64,000 nucleotides of DNA. Source: Sulfurimonadaceae bacterium (lineage in GTDB: Bacteria; Campylobacterota; Campylobacteria; Campylobacterales; Sulfurimonadaceae). Both the position numbers and the translations under genes were made by a program. The notes under the pieces were generated by a model. The model was given only the letters and a program-made list of their open reading frames with translations, made no database searches and was not told the DNA's origin. Positions 20,296-30,967 of this stretch are shown one piece after another; the stretch's first letter is position 1; the number at the start of each line of letters is the position of its first letter. The DNA lies in assembly GCA_041562555.1 (NCBI GenBank), contig JBFEXS010000002.1, positions 1-64,000 on the forward strand, written 5' to 3'.

Positions 20296-20733
20296 ATGAA
20301 ATATTATGTGGCTACTGACCATGCAGGGATCGATCTTAAAAACCATACCTGCGAATACCTTAAATCCAAAGGGTATGAGGTCATCGACCTCGGTCCCAAT
20401 ACCAAGGATCGTGTTGATTATCCCGATTATGCCGTAAAACTCTGTGAGTCTGTACTTTCAGATGAAGGAAGTATGGGTGTGCTTATCTGTGGTTCAGGTA
20501 TAGGCATGAGTATGGCTGCCAACCGTCATCACGGTATCCGGGCAGCCTTATGTCATGATGCCTATACTGCACGTATGGGACGCCAGCACAATAATGGGAA
20601 TGTATTATGCTTTGGTGAACGTATAGTCGGTGTTGGTGTTGCGGAATCTATTATCGACGCCTGGTGTGAAGGCGAGTTTGAAGGCGGACGTCACGCAGGT
20701 AGAGTTGATAAAATCGAAGCGATCAAGGGCTAA
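20296..20733 (+). CDS. rpiB: Ribose-5-phosphate isomerase B
   Basis: DHAG, VDYPDY, ICGSGIGMSMAAN, HNNGNVL and FEGGRH. Confidence 0.96.
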   Translation: MKYYVATDHAGIDLKNHTCEYLKSKGYEVIDLGPNTKDRVDYPDYAVKLCESVLSDEGSMGVLICGSGIGMSMAANRHHGIRAALCHDAYTARMGRQHNNGNVLCFGERIVGVGVAESIIDAWCEGEFEGGRHAGRVDKIEAIKG

Positions 20734-20765
20734 CACCCTAGTGTAAGTACAGCAAAAGGATATCT

Positions 20766-21098
20766 ATGTTTTTTGAATGGTCATTACTAAGCCTGGTCAC
20801 GTTGGCTGCAATATTCTTATTTGTCAAGATGTTTTACTTCAAAAACATCACCTATAAAGAACAGAAGAGTAATGAACTAATGAAGCTAACGCTTCAAGAA
20901 GCGGAAATCCTTATTCGTAAATATCAGATACAGCTCCAACGTTCATTGGGAAATGTAGACATTCTTACCGATGAGCTTAATAAACTCAGGAATGAGCTGA
21001 AGGTCCTAAAACAGAGAAACTCATCTCACCGTTCTGAAACCGATAGATTGAAGAATAAGATCAAAGACCTTGAAGGTCGTATAGATGCCCTTCTGTAG
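20766..21098 (+). CDS. Membrane-anchored coiled-coil hypothetical protein
   Basis: AAGGA RBS, N-terminal transmembrane helix and a C-terminal leucine-heptad coiled coil; lies between rpiB and apt. Confidence 0.8.
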   Translation: MFFEWSLLSLVTLAAIFLFVKMFYFKNITYKEQKSNELMKLTLQEAEILIRKYQIQLQRSLGNVDILTDELNKLRNELKVLKQRNSSHRSETDRLKNKIKDLEGRIDALL

Positions 21099-21130
21099 CA
21101 TCATACTATTTCATATAAGAGAGAAATTTT

Positions 21131-21676
21131 ATGTTAGACAATGAAAACAGACAACTGATTATAGAAGCCATTAGAGAGATCCCGGATTTTCCAAAACCCG
21201 GGATTATTTTCAAAGACATCTCTACGATTTTAAACAATGCTCAAGCATACGGCAGACTGATGGATCATCTCAAAGACCGTTATAAGGATTACAACCTGGA
21301 CTTCGTAGCGGGTATAGATGCCCGTGGGTTCATATTTGGGGCCAGTTTGGCCCGTGATCTTGGTGTCGGATTTGTTCCTATACGTAAAAAAGGGAAACTA
21401 CCGTATACAACCATTTCTGAAAAGTATTCACTGGAGTATGGTGTAGATGAAGTAGAGATACATATCGATGCCTTTAGAGGGATAGAAAATGCCCGTGTAC
21501 TTTTAATTGATGACCTTATTGCAACCGGTGGAACCGCCTATGCAGCAGCAAGCTTGATCGGAAAATCCGGTGGTGAATGTGTTGAGTCTTGTTTTATTAT
21601 GAGTCTAGATTTTTTAGGAGGAAGTGAAAAACTTTCAACACTTGCTCCTGTTTACAGTGTATTAGGAGAAGCTTAG
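21131..21676 (+). CDS. apt: Adenine phosphoribosyltransferase
   Basis: [26 protein letters not shown] and [10 protein letters not shown]. Confidence 0.97.
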   Translation: MLDNENRQLIIEAIREIPDFPKPGIIFKDISTILNNAQAYGRLMDHLKDRYKDYNLDFVAGIDARGFIFGASLARDLGVGFVPIRKKGKLPYTTISEKYSLEYGVDEVEIHIDAFRGIENARVLLIDDLIATGGTAYAAASLIGKSGGECVESCFIMSLDFLGGSEKLSTLAPVYSVLGEA

Positions 21677-22878
21677 TGTATATACCTTCAAAAAGTAAAT
21701 TTGACCCGGATGAGAATGGTCATTTCGGAATCTTTGGTGGACGATATGTCCCTGAAACACTTATGCCGGCTCTGCTTGAGCTTAAAGAACAATATGAGCA
21801 GATCCGTCATGACGAGTCCTTTTGGAAAGAGGTGCACTATTACCTCAATGACTATGTCGGTCGCCCTTCTCCACTCTACTTCGCCCAAAACATCTCGGAC
21901 GAATTGGGTGCAAAGATCTATTTTAAACGTGAGGACCTTAATCACACCGGTGCACATAAGGTAAACAATGTCATCGCACAAGGTTTGATGGCCAAGCGGC
22001 TTGGAAAAAAGAAGGTTATTGCAGAGACCGGTGCAGGACAGCACGGTGTGGCAACAGCGACCATTTGTGCCCTTCTTGGACTCGAATGTGAGATTTTCAT
22101 GGGTGCAAAAGATGTCGAAAGACAAGAACTCAATGTCTTTAGAATGAAACTGCTGGGTGCAAAGGTCAATGCTGTTCAAAGCGGAAGCCGAACCCTTAAA
22201 GATGCTATGAACGATGCTATACGTCACTGGGTTACGAATGCCCGCGATACTTTTTATATTATCGGGACTGTCGCAGGACCACACCCTTATCCGATGATGG
22301 TACGTGATTTTCAAGCGATTATCGGATGGGAAGCCCGCGCTCAAATACTTGAACTTGAGGGTAGGCTCCCGGATAAAGTTGTCGCATGTATAGGCGGAGG
22401 ATCGAATGCTATCGGTGCCTTTCAACACTTCCTGGAAGATGAAGAGGTTGAATGTGTCGGTATTGAAGCGGGTGGCCTCGGTGTAGACACGGACAAGCAT
22501 GGTGCTTCACTGGACAAAGGGCGTCCTGGGGTACTGCATGGGCAGATGTCTTATCTTTTACAAGATGATGACGGTCAGGTCCTGGAAGCACACTCTATCT
22601 CAGCGGGATTAGACTATCCGGGGATAGGTCCAGAACATGCTTTTCACAAAGACAATAACAGCGTGAGCTATGATTCAGTCACCGATCAGGAAGCATTGGA
22701 TGCCTTTGTTTGGTTATCACGTCAAGAAGGCATCATCCCCGCCTTTGAGAGTGCACATGCTGTAGCTTATCTCAAAAAGATCAAAGACATCAAAGGCCAG
22801 ACGATTATTATCAACCTTTCCGGTCGCGGTGACAAGGACATGATCCAAGCCAAAGACTTATTACATTTTGACGATTAA
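21676..22878 (+). CDS. trpB: Tryptophan synthase beta subunit
   Basis: [14 protein letters not shown] (PLP Lys), [23 protein letters not shown] and NLSGRGDKD. Confidence 0.97.
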   Translation: MYIPSKSKFDPDENGHFGIFGGRYVPETLMPALLELKEQYEQIRHDESFWKEVHYYLNDYVGRPSPLYFAQNISDELGAKIYFKREDLNHTGAHKVNNVIAQGLMAKRLGKKKVIAETGAGQHGVATATICALLGLECEIFMGAKDVERQELNVFRMKLLGAKVNAVQSGSRTLKDAMNDAIRHWVTNARDTFYIIGTVAGPHPYPMMVRDFQAIIGWEARAQILELEGRLPDKVVACIGGGSNAIGAFQHFLEDEEVECVGIEAGGLGVDTDKHGASLDKGRPGVLHGQMSYLLQDDDGQVLEAHSISAGLDYPGIGPEHAFHKDNNSVSYDSVTDQEALDAFVWLSRQEGIIPAFESAHAVAYLKKIKDIKGQTIIINLSGRGDKDMIQAKDLLHFDD

Positions 22879-22899
22879 TAAGCGTAAGGAACTATACAA

Positions 22900-24336
22900 A
22901 TGAACATTTCAATCAATGACAAACACCTGTACGATATCACGGCAGATCTAACAGTCGTTTTCGCAGTAAACACCGATGAACTACTACACGAAGGTACCCT
23001 GCAGGAGCTTAACTTCAAAGCAGGTCAGGATGAAACCTGTTATCTATCTGAGTTTAAAACGCTTTATGTGGGAGTAGAAGCAAATGAGCATGATCTGTTT
23101 CGCTCTGCAGCAGCAACTGCATACAAGACCCTCTCAAAGTTCAGCTATAGCTCATTAAAGCTTGCCCAATATGACATCAATAACGATCAAGGGATATTTA
23201 ATGCATTGGTGGAAGGCTTCATCCTTGGTGCGTACAGCTTTGATACATACAAAAGTGAAAAGTCCGATCCTTCTTTGAAAGAAATCATTTTCTCCTCACG
23301 TACCCTGGAGGATGAACGTAGTGATCTAAATATCCTTGAAGATGAGTCCAAAAAAGCTCAGATCCTTGCAACGGCTACAAACTATACGCGAGAACTTGTC
23401 AATACAACTCCTGAAGATCTCTACCCGGTTGAGTTGGCAAACATAGCCAAGGAACTCGCATCAAATAATGGACTTGATTGTACTGTACTGGGAGAAGAGG
23501 CTTTGAACAATGAGAACATGCATGCCATGCTCAGTGTCGGCCGTGCATCACGTCACGAATCTCAGCTTATTCACTTAAGCCACAAACCTAAAAACCCTAA
23601 GGCTGTTGTCTCTCTGGTCGGAAAAGGCTTAACCTACGACAGCGGTGGACTAAGCCTCAAACCTTCTACATCCATGGTCAGTATGAAGCTTGATAAAAGC
23701 GGTGCCTGTGCCGTTCTTGGTATCATGAAGGCCGTATCAGAGCTTAACATCCCGGTAGAAGTCCATGGTATTATTGGGGCTGTTGAAAATATGATAGGCG
23801 GGGATGCCTACAAACCTGATGATGTCTTGACTGCGAAGAATGGCAAGACCATTGAAGTCAGAAATACAGATGCCGAAGGCCGCTTGGTATTGGCGGATTG
23901 TCTTTGCTATGCCCAAGAGAAGATTCAAGCGGATTACATCTTTGATTATGCGACCCTGACGGGTGCCTGTGTCGTTGCCCTAGGAAACTATACAACAGGA
24001 CTTATGGGTCATTCGAGTAAACTTAAGCGTTCTATGAGTCATGCCGCAGCAAATACAGGGGAACTTGTAGGTTCATTACCCTTCAACCGTTATCTCAAGA
24101 AACAGCTTAAATCGGAAGTCGCTGATATCTCCAATATCTCGAATAAACCCTATGGCGGTGCCATCACAGCGGCACAGTTCTTAGACTATTTCATCGATGA
24201 TGCGAATAAAGACAAATGGATGCACTTTGATATTGCAGGTCCTGCCTACGTAGAGTCCTCATGGGGGTACAACCCTTACGGTGCGTCAGGCGCAGGTGTG
24301 CGTATGACCTTAGATTGGCTGGGAGCCATCGACTAA
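22900..24336 (+). CDS. pepA: Leucyl aminopeptidase (M17)
   Basis: VGKGLTYDSGGLSLK, NTDAEGRLVLAD, ATLTGAC and HFDIAG. Confidence 0.95.
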   Translation: MNISINDKHLYDITADLTVVFAVNTDELLHEGTLQELNFKAGQDETCYLSEFKTLYVGVEANEHDLFRSAAATAYKTLSKFSYSSLKLAQYDINNDQGIFNALVEGFILGAYSFDTYKSEKSDPSLKEIIFSSRTLEDERSDLNILEDESKKAQILATATNYTRELVNTTPEDLYPVELANIAKELASNNGLDCTVLGEEALNNENMHAMLSVGRASRHESQLIHLSHKPKNPKAVVSLVGKGLTYDSGGLSLKPSTSMVSMKLDKSGACAVLGIMKAVSELNIPVEVHGIIGAVENMIGGDAYKPDDVLTAKNGKTIEVRNTDAEGRLVLADCLCYAQEKIQADYIFDYATLTGACVVALGNYTTGLMGHSSKLKRSMSHAAANTGELVGSLPFNRYLKKQLKSEVADISNISNKPYGGAITAAQFLDYFIDDANKDKWMHFDIAGPAYVESSWGYNPYGASGAGVRMTLDWLGAID

Positions 24337-24337
24337 A

Positions 24338-24357
24338 AAGGTAAGTACACTTACCTT
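24338..24357. repeat. Inverted repeat after pepA (terminator or operator)
   Basis: AAGGTAAGT-ac-ACTTACCTT, directly before a TATAAC -10-like hexamer for ychF. Confidence 0.5.
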
Positions 24358-24398
24358 ATGTATAACAAAAAAAATTAATCAATCAAGGAAACAAATTT

Positions 24399-25499
24399 AT
24401 GGGACTTAGTATCGGCCTAGTAGGCTTACCAAATGTCGGGAAATCGACCACTTTCAACGCACTAACAAAAGCACAGAATGCAGAAGCGGCAAACTATCCG
24501 TTTTGTACAATTGAGCCAAACAAGGCCGTGGTACCGGTACCCGATTATCGCCTGGACGAATTAGCCAAGATCGTCAACCCTGAAAGGATTCAGCACTCAA
24601 CCTTGGACTTTGTCGACATTGCCGGCTTGGTCAAAGGGGCTTCCAAAGGGGAAGGTTTAGGAAATAAATTCCTTGAAAACATCCGTGAAACCGAGGTCAT
24701 ATTACACATTGTCCGTTGTTTTGAAGATGAAAACATCGTACATAACGAAGGGAATATCGACCCACTGCGTGATATCGAAATCATTGAGACCGAACTGATC
24801 TTCGCTGATCTTGAAGCAGTAGATAAACGTGCAGAACGTCTTAAAAAACAGGCTAAAGCCGATAAAAGTGCCGCAGCATTGATGGAGACAGCCCTTGAGC
24901 TTGCTCAACACCTTGAATCGGGGAATATGGCCCGAAGTTTTCCTAAAGCCGATGAGGACAACTTCAAGCAACTCAACCAAGAACTGCGTCTACTTACTTC
25001 TAAAGAAATTATGTACGGTGCCAATGTTGATGAAGACGGTTTGGCTGAAGACAGTGATTTTGTCAAAGCGGTACAGGAGCATGCTGCTAAAACCAACTCA
25101 GAAGTCATCAAACTGTGTGCAAAATTTGAAGAAGACCTTGTAGGCATGGATGATGAAGAAGCAGCGGAATTTCTTGCAGAAATCGGTGTTGAAGAGTCTG
25201 GCCTGTCACAGATAATTCATAAAGGATTTGATAAACTTGGTTTGATGTCTTACTTTACAGCCGGTGTAAAGGAAGTAAGAGCCTGGACTATCCGCAAAGA
25301 GACAACAGCTCCCAAAGCGGCAGCGGTGATCCATAACGACTTTGAAAAGGGATTTATTCGTGCGGAAGTCATTGGATACGAAGATTATATCGCCTGCGGC
25401 AGTGAAGCCAAAGCCAAAGAAGCAGGTAAAATGCGTCTAGAGGGTAAAGAGTACATCGTCCAAGACGGTGATATCATGCACTTTAGATTTAATGTCTAA
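24399..25499 (+). CDS. ychF: Redox-regulated ATPase YchF (Obg family)
   Basis: [25 protein letters not shown] and C-terminal [18 protein letters not shown]. Confidence 0.97.
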   Translation: MGLSIGLVGLPNVGKSTTFNALTKAQNAEAANYPFCTIEPNKAVVPVPDYRLDELAKIVNPERIQHSTLDFVDIAGLVKGASKGEGLGNKFLENIRETEVILHIVRCFEDENIVHNEGNIDPLRDIEIIETELIFADLEAVDKRAERLKKQAKADKSAAALMETALELAQHLESGNMARSFPKADEDNFKQLNQELRLLTSKEIMYGANVDEDGLAEDSDFVKAVQEHAAKTNSEVIKLCAKFEEDLVGMDDEEAAEFLAEIGVEESGLSQIIHKGFDKLGLMSYFTAGVKEVRAWTIRKETTAPKAAAVIHNDFEKGFIRAEVIGYEDYIACGSEAKAKEAGKMRLEGKEYIVQDGDIMHFRFNV

Positions 25500-25579
25500 G
25501 GCGCCAATATCAGTCTACCGATCAACGCCATAAGTAAAAGGCCCAAAAAGATTGGGATGTCTGATTTTTGCTTTTCCAT
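25496..25579 (-). CDS. Putative 27-aa single-pass membrane microprotein (below the ORF-track cutoff)
   Basis: ATG at 25579 to TAG at 25496 gives [27 protein letters not shown]: a charged N-terminus then about 20 hydrophobic residues. GGA lies just upstream, and the stop overlaps the ychF stop. Confidence 0.45.
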   Translation of the reverse strand: MEKQKSDIPIFLGLLLMALIGRLILAP

Positions 25580-25680
25580 AGTCCAATCTTACATCAAAAA
25601 AGTGAATGATTGGTAAAGATATGATTAAGAATTAATCAATCCTATAAAGTTTGATGTTTTTTTGTATTCTACGGTGTGGC

Positions 25681-26760
25681 TTAAGCCATGTGCTGTAGAT
25701 TATAGACCATGGCTTCTTTGACTCTCTTAAGCGTGATGTCAAAATTATCCAAAGGTCTCGCTCTTAAGGTTTTCAACTTGAGGCGCTGCTCCCTATAACG
25801 CTTGCTTTTTATTTCCAATTCACGTTTATACTCCTCAAAACGCGCTTCGATAAAACTTTCTGTGTTGACTGTTTGACACTTTTTAAAAAAATCTGATATC
25901 TGCTTATAGTCTTTTTGCTCATTTGCCTTATCCGTCATCCCTCCCGCCTGATTAGCGATCATGACAAGAGCATGGGCTTTTTCACCTGCAGAGACATAGG
26001 AGAACATTGTTTTCTTCGTATGCAGCTGTATGTCGTCATCATCGGTGAACATATCCAATAAAAGCTTCGGTGTGACATTTTTAATATCTGAAAGTGTTAA
26101 GGACTTTGCAGCGACGATTGCCGAGATATGAAGTTTGAGTTCATCGACACGTCGTACAAGCTTGACAATTTCATATTGATATTTCTTGGCTTTGAGGTTT
26201 TTATCATCGCGTGCCTGTTTGACACGCATCCACGCCTGATCACTTTTATAGAGTATCTGACCTCCACCATGTTGTTCCAGCAGGGATTTGCGCTTCTTGG
26301 TCCCATTGATCGCTTCCGAAACAACAGGGCTTAAATTATCTGCCTTATCTGCAATACCGATCAGATCGAAAAAAGTATTCACAACCTCTTTATAAAAGTA
26401 AGTTCCAAACCGTCGCATATAGATTTGGGCAAGCTCATATAAAAATTTAATATACTCTTTGTTCTTTTTGGCACTTTCCATCTCAACACGGGTATATCGC
26501 TTCTCTTTTAACAGGGATAAAAGTTCTGCTAACAGTAGCTGAACAAGTGCTATCTTAACACCGCTGAAATCAAGGTCATCGATGCTTTTGATCTTTAAAA
26601 AACTTATTTTTGGAGCCAAAGACTCATTGGCACAGATGTCATGGCAGATAAGTGACATCACCTCTTTTCTATCTTCATCACAATTAACATGTAGTACTTC
26701 TTTTTCAAATATGAGTTTATCTGAAAAGATATGGTCTAAATACTCTTGCGACTTTGACAT
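25681..26760 (-). CDS. Hypothetical helical, Lys/Glu-rich protein
   Basis: 359-aa ORF starting 5 nt after psd, with two coiled-coil-like stretches; no family recognised. Confidence 0.8.
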   Translation of the reverse strand: MSKSQEYLDHIFSDKLIFEKEVLHVNCDEDRKEVMSLICHDICANESLAPKISFLKIKSIDDLDFSGVKIALVQLLLAELLSLLKEKRYTRVEMESAKKNKEYIKFLYELAQIYMRRFGTYFYKEVVNTFFDLIGIADKADNLSPVVSEAINGTKKRKSLLEQHGGGQILYKSDQAWMRVKQARDDKNLKAKKYQYEIVKLVRRVDELKLHISAIVAAKSLTLSDIKNVTPKLLLDMFTDDDDIQLHTKKTMFSYVSAGEKAHALVMIANQAGGMTDKANEQKDYKQISDFFKKCQTVNTESFIEARFEEYKRELEIKSKRYREQRLKLKTLRARPLDNFDITLKRVKEAMVYNLQHMA

Positions 26761-26765
26761 CTACC

Positions 26766-27587
26766 CTACTCTTTCATATGTGCTATATCTTGTCCAAAGG
26801 ATACTTTTTCGCCACTTTTAACGAATATCTCCATCTTTTCTGAAATAATGACAACGGTTGAGCCCATTTGAAAACAACCAAAGTCATCTCCCTTATTCAT
26901 ATAAAGTTCCTCATAGGTATAAGCTACACTCTCCCGAATATCTGTATTCGTCTGAATACCAGGTTCAAAAGAGACTTCCATCTTACCCACATTCAATGCT
27001 CCTACAAGAATCATATAAAACAGTTCATCCTCTTGAGTATAACATTCTATGACTACACGCTCATTCTCGATAAACAAGTCCTGCTGTTTGTTCAAATAGG
27101 TAAAATTGACCGGATAGAGTTTGCCTGGGATGTGCACTGCTTTGCTTATACGACAATTGAGTGGAATATGATAACGATGATAGTCGCTAGGCGAAAGATA
27201 AAGATTTACGAAACGTCCATTCTTAATACGATGCTTATTCGTACCGTCTATGTGTTCACCCAGGAGTTCATCCACCTTGTATTTCATACCCTTGATCTGA
27301 AAAGAGCTGAAATCATGTACCTTTCCACACTCGGTGATCAAAGCATCACATGGAGAGATCATGATCGAACCGTCCATGTTAAACTGACGTTGTTCTCTAA
27401 GATGACGCGTAAATAGTTGATTAAGTGTTTCATAGGATGAAGCGGGATGAAAATCACTCATATCCAGACCCATCAACCTCACATAGGCACTGTTAATAAT
27501 ATTTTGCACGGGCCTTGGAAACGCCTTTGAAGCAAACTTTCCAAAGAGTTGCGAAGCAGCCGAAGTAATATGTCGTTTGTTCATCAA
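26766..27587 (-). CDS. psd: Phosphatidylserine decarboxylase proenzyme
   Basis: ISPCD, YLSPSDYHRYH, NERV, VGALNVG and the self-cleavage motif MGST. The start may be ATG at 27584. Confidence 0.93.
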   Translation of the reverse strand: MMNKRHITSAASQLFGKFASKAFPRPVQNIINSAYVRLMGLDMSDFHPASSYETLNQLFTRHLREQRQFNMDGSIMISPCDALITECGKVHDFSSFQIKGMKYKVDELLGEHIDGTNKHRIKNGRFVNLYLSPSDYHRYHIPLNCRISKAVHIPGKLYPVNFTYLNKQQDLFIENERVVIECYTQEDELFYMILVGALNVGKMEVSFEPGIQTNTDIRESVAYTYEELYMNKGDDFGCFQMGSTVVIISEKMEIFVKSGEKVSFGQDIAHMKE

Positions 27588-27618
27588 TGTCTTTCCTTAA
27601 TGTTATTTTATCTTTTTT

Positions 27619-28695
27619 TTATTCTTTGATTTCACGTTTTGCAAGTTCTTCAATCAACACAGTTGCATAGGACCCTTTTGGCAAAGTAAAGTGAAGCTCA
27701 TACCATGCTTTGTCCTCTTTATATTCAGATTCTATATCTTCGGGAAATACGAAAGCATAACGCCGGGTCCCGTCTTCATTCGTCACTGCATCAAACTCTT
27801 TTTCAACAGTATGTGCGATATCCTCACTCTTTTTCACTTTTTTACCAGGAAGTAGACCTGTCGGTGCACGGTCTTTTTCACTAAACAAACGCGCTTCCTC
27901 ATCCAAATCCTCTGCAAAGAAAATTGCTCCATACGGATAGTGCATACACAGATCACCGGGAAGCATCTTAAAAGGGTGTCGCTGCTTTTGTATCTCTTTG
28001 ATCAACTGTTTATCCAGATTAAGGACCTCTGAGGCTTCACCTGCTTCCAAACCGGATATCAGTCTACTGATCTCGATACGTCGGCTTAACCATAGATTAA
28101 AAAGATGCGACTGGTAGGCAGAAGCAAAGAGTTTTGCTTTTTTCTTATTCCTCTCTTTTCGTTTGCCTTCGATAATCTCCTGACCGATTTTATAATTATC
28201 TCCATCATTTCCAAAGCGCTGGTATCCAAAATAGTTTGGCATCCCGTCTGTTGCTATATGCTTAAGCGCTTCATCCAACTTTGCAGCTGCCACGGGAAGT
28301 ACTTTTTTCAGACGAATAAAAAACCGGTTTCCTTTAAGATGCCCCGTTCGTATCTTATTGTTGTGACGCACCTTGGAGAGTATCTTGATCTGCGGATGTT
28401 CAAAGCTGTCGATAGCGTCTTCAATACGTATCGGTACAGAGATGTATTGCGTAGTCAGAGCATGCTTGTCTTTCAATCCGGCAGTACCGACTTCCTTGAC
28501 TTTAATACCCAGAGTACTACAAAGTACATCGACCATCTCCCAGGTACTAAGGTTTTTTTTTCGTACGTGCAAGATCAGGTGTTCACCCTCACCGCTAAAT
28601 TCATACAAAGGAATCTCATCAACAACAAAGTCTCTTGGACTTTGTGCGAAGTGGAATGGTATCGGCGAATGTGTCAGATAATAATTTCTATTCAA
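27619..28695 (-). CDS. truD: tRNA pseudouridine(13) synthase
   Basis: AGLKDKHALTTQ, GHLKGNRF, PNYFGYQRFG and FTLPKGSYAT. Confidence 0.96.
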   Translation of the reverse strand: MNRNYYLTHSPIPFHFAQSPRDFVVDEIPLYEFSGEGEHLILHVRKKNLSTWEMVDVLCSTLGIKVKEVGTAGLKDKHALTTQYISVPIRIEDAIDSFEHPQIKILSKVRHNNKIRTGHLKGNRFFIRLKKVLPVAAAKLDEALKHIATDGMPNYFGYQRFGNDGDNYKIGQEIIEGKRKERNKKKAKLFASAYQSHLFNLWLSRRIEISRLISGLEAGEASEVLNLDKQLIKEIQKQRHPFKMLPGDLCMHYPYGAIFFAEDLDEEARLFSEKDRAPTGLLPGKKVKKSEDIAHTVEKEFDAVTNEDGTRRYAFVFPEDIESEYKEDKAWYELHFTLPKGSYATVLIEELAKREIKE

Positions 28696-29510
28696 AAGTG
28701 GTGTGCCTTACATCTTGATTTATAGTTGCTTCGTTTTGCTTTGGCAAAAACATTGAGTTCACAGCGCTCTGCTTTGGCCAGACGAATTATTTTTTTACGT
28801 GCTCGGGCGGGAAAGCCAATAAGCATTTCATACTCTTCACCGCTGCATCCGATCTCCTTGGGAACCCTATGCAAAAACTCAAAGCCCAGCTTATTTGCTT
28901 TTGAGAGTTTGGACAGATCTGCAAAAAGCCCATCAGAGATATCCATCCCACATGACAATGCCGGAGCACTGCGCCGGATAAACTTCTGTCGTAGTGTCGG
29001 TTTGAAAAAGCGTGAACTTCTTCGAGCCTTATCACTACGTAACAAAGAGTGCAACGCTTTTTTCGAGGAACCCAGACTGCCTGTATAGGCGAGTAGATGA
29101 CCACTTTTCAATCCCACACGATGCAGGGGGTTCTTACTCTTGGATAAAATGGTAATGGTAATATCGATCTTTACATTGGATACGGTATCACCACCAATGA
29201 TTTCCACACCATATTCCCGGGCTGCTCTTTCAAAACCACTGTGCAGTTGCTTTATCTCGTGCTTACTCAAGCTTGAAGGAAGTGCAACAGCCAAAAGTGC
29301 GTACTTGGGCTCAGCATTCATCGCAATGGCATCGGAGATATTGACCAACATCGACTTATAAGCGATTTCATCCAGTCTCAGCCAACTGCGTTTAAAATGT
29401 ACATTCTCAAAAAAAGCATCTTTTGAAACGATCCAACCGTCAATGATTGCCGCATCATCTCCAATGCGTTTAGAGTCAAAACAGGAGATAAAATAATCTT
29501 CTTTATTCAA
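28692..29510 (-). CDS. thiL: Thiamine-monophosphate kinase
   Basis: IGDDAA, NISDAIAMNA, IIGGDT, MDISDGL and GEEYE. Confidence 0.93.
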   Translation of the reverse strand: MNKEDYFISCFDSKRIGDDAAIIDGWIVSKDAFFENVHFKRSWLRLDEIAYKSMLVNISDAIAMNAEPKYALLAVALPSSLSKHEIKQLHSGFERAAREYGVEIIGGDTVSNVKIDITITILSKSKNPLHRVGLKSGHLLAYTGSLGSSKKALHSLLRSDKARRSSRFFKPTLRQKFIRRSAPALSCGMDISDGLFADLSKLSKANKLGFEFLHRVPKEIGCSGEEYEMLIGFPARARKKIIRLAKAERCELNVFAKAKRSNYKSRCKAHHF

Positions 29511-29758
29511 ATGTCGTCCGTTAAAGTTTTAGGTTATGCTGTTTATAAAATGAATTGTATCAAAACTTCCTTTTATCCGGATGGCACCGATTAGAACAAA
29601 ATACCATTTGCTCTAAAAAATGCGAAAGACTGCCCTATTTACCCACTCTTCATTTACTTATTTGGTTTATACTTGGCTTACTGTTATGCTTAAGTCTAAT
29701 TTAAAGCATACAAGTCTAAAATAAACACAATTATTAACCATATATATTAAGGACACTA

Positions 29759-30967
29759 ATGCGCTGGTCTGTTAAAAAAATCTTTGACAATATCTCCAAG
29801 ACTTCTCTTTTTCTAACTGTATTACTTGGGCTTTTAGCCGCTATTATCTTCACGCTCAACTCATCTGTTGAAAAAACCGATCTTTTATTACACCAAAAGG
29901 CACTTATCAAAGAAGCCTACAACCTAGGTCGTGAAGACATACAGTTAAGCAATATTCAGCTTAAAGGGATTATGAACAATATCAAGCATGATATCACTAA
30001 AATGAAGGATGCTTACACTTTCGATCTTCTCGGTGCATTTTTACTCGGTCACACCAAGGAATATGTTAATGACCTTGAACAACTAAGCATCAAACAACTT
30101 CTCTATATTGAAGCTGCCTATGCCTATTATGACCAGAGTCTGGAGAACCTTCCGATGCGTCTGGATGATTATGACTTTGCTCAGGCTGAATATGAGGCGA
30201 AGATTTTTGAGCTTGAAGAGAAGCACCTTATATACGAATCCCAGAAGTTCAATATTTATCAATATATCGTCTATCTTGCCTTTTTGGTCTCACTCATGTC
30301 AACCCTCTGGTTCACACGCAGACTCTCTTTTATCTATAAAGACCTGCGCACACTTTATTCCGTTGATGAGAATGGTAAAAGCCGTATGTTCTTGACAGAA
30401 GAAGCTGAGATGATCACTAAACGTATGTCCCGCAAACCTACAGCGACAGAAAACCCTGCTTTTATTGATCCGGTAACTGAGGTCAATAACTATAAAGGAC
30501 TTTTACATGGATTTGCAAACCGCAAAGGCAATAACGGTGCTTCCCTAACCGTTTGTGTTTTTGCTATCGACAACTTCAAAGAGCTCGAGAAAAAATATAA
30601 AAAAGACCTTACGAACCAGATCCTTAAGAAGATTGCCTTTATGTTCTCACTATATGAACAACATACGGATGTATTGGGTCGTATTGACTATGACCAGTTT
30701 GTTCTTGTACTCAATAGAGCCACAAAGGATGCTGCACTTAACGATTGTGAACAGCTGAGAAAAAGTATTGAAGAAGCTAAGTTCAAGGCACCAAAGGGTG
30801 AAAGTATCAGTGTCACTGTCAGTGGTGGTTTCGTTGTCAAAACACCGAATAAGCAACTTGACCAGACTATTGCCCATGCAAAAGAAGTGCTGGTTGCAGC
30901 CATCAAACAAGGTGGTAACAAAATCGCGCAACTGCGTGACAGTTCGGACAAACAACTCCGAGTCTGA
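29759..30967 (+). CDS. Two-TM sensor protein with a degenerate GGDEF domain
   Basis: TM, helical periplasmic domain, TM, then a GGDEF fold (IDPVTEVNN, IDNFKEL, VTVSGG) whose signature reads RIDYDQF. Confidence 0.85.
   Translation: MRWSVKKIFDNISKTSLFLTVLLGLLAAIIFTLNSSVEKTDLLLHQKALIKEAYNLGREDIQLSNIQLKGIMNNIKHDITKMKDAYTFDLLGAFLLGHTKEYVNDLEQLSIKQLLYIEAAYAYYDQSLENLPMRLDDYDFAQAEYEAKIFELEEKHLIYESQKFNIYQYIVYLAFLVSLMSTLWFTRRLSFIYKDLRTLYSVDENGKSRMFLTEEAEMITKRMSRKPTATENPAFIDPVTEVNNYKGLLHGFANRKGNNGASLTVCVFAIDNFKELEKKYKKDLTNQILKKIAFMFSLYEQHTDVLGRIDYDQFVLVLNRATKDAALNDCEQLRKSIEEAKFKAPKGESISVTVSGGFVVKTPNKQLDQTIAHAKEVLVAAIKQGGNKIAQLRDSSDKQLRV

Noticed and set aside
29582..29690. Sigma54 promoter or c-di-GMP riboswitch before the GGDEF gene
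   Set aside because: TGGCAC has no TTGC at the correct distance, the other GG..GC pair is spaced 11 nt instead of 10, and no riboswitch consensus is present.
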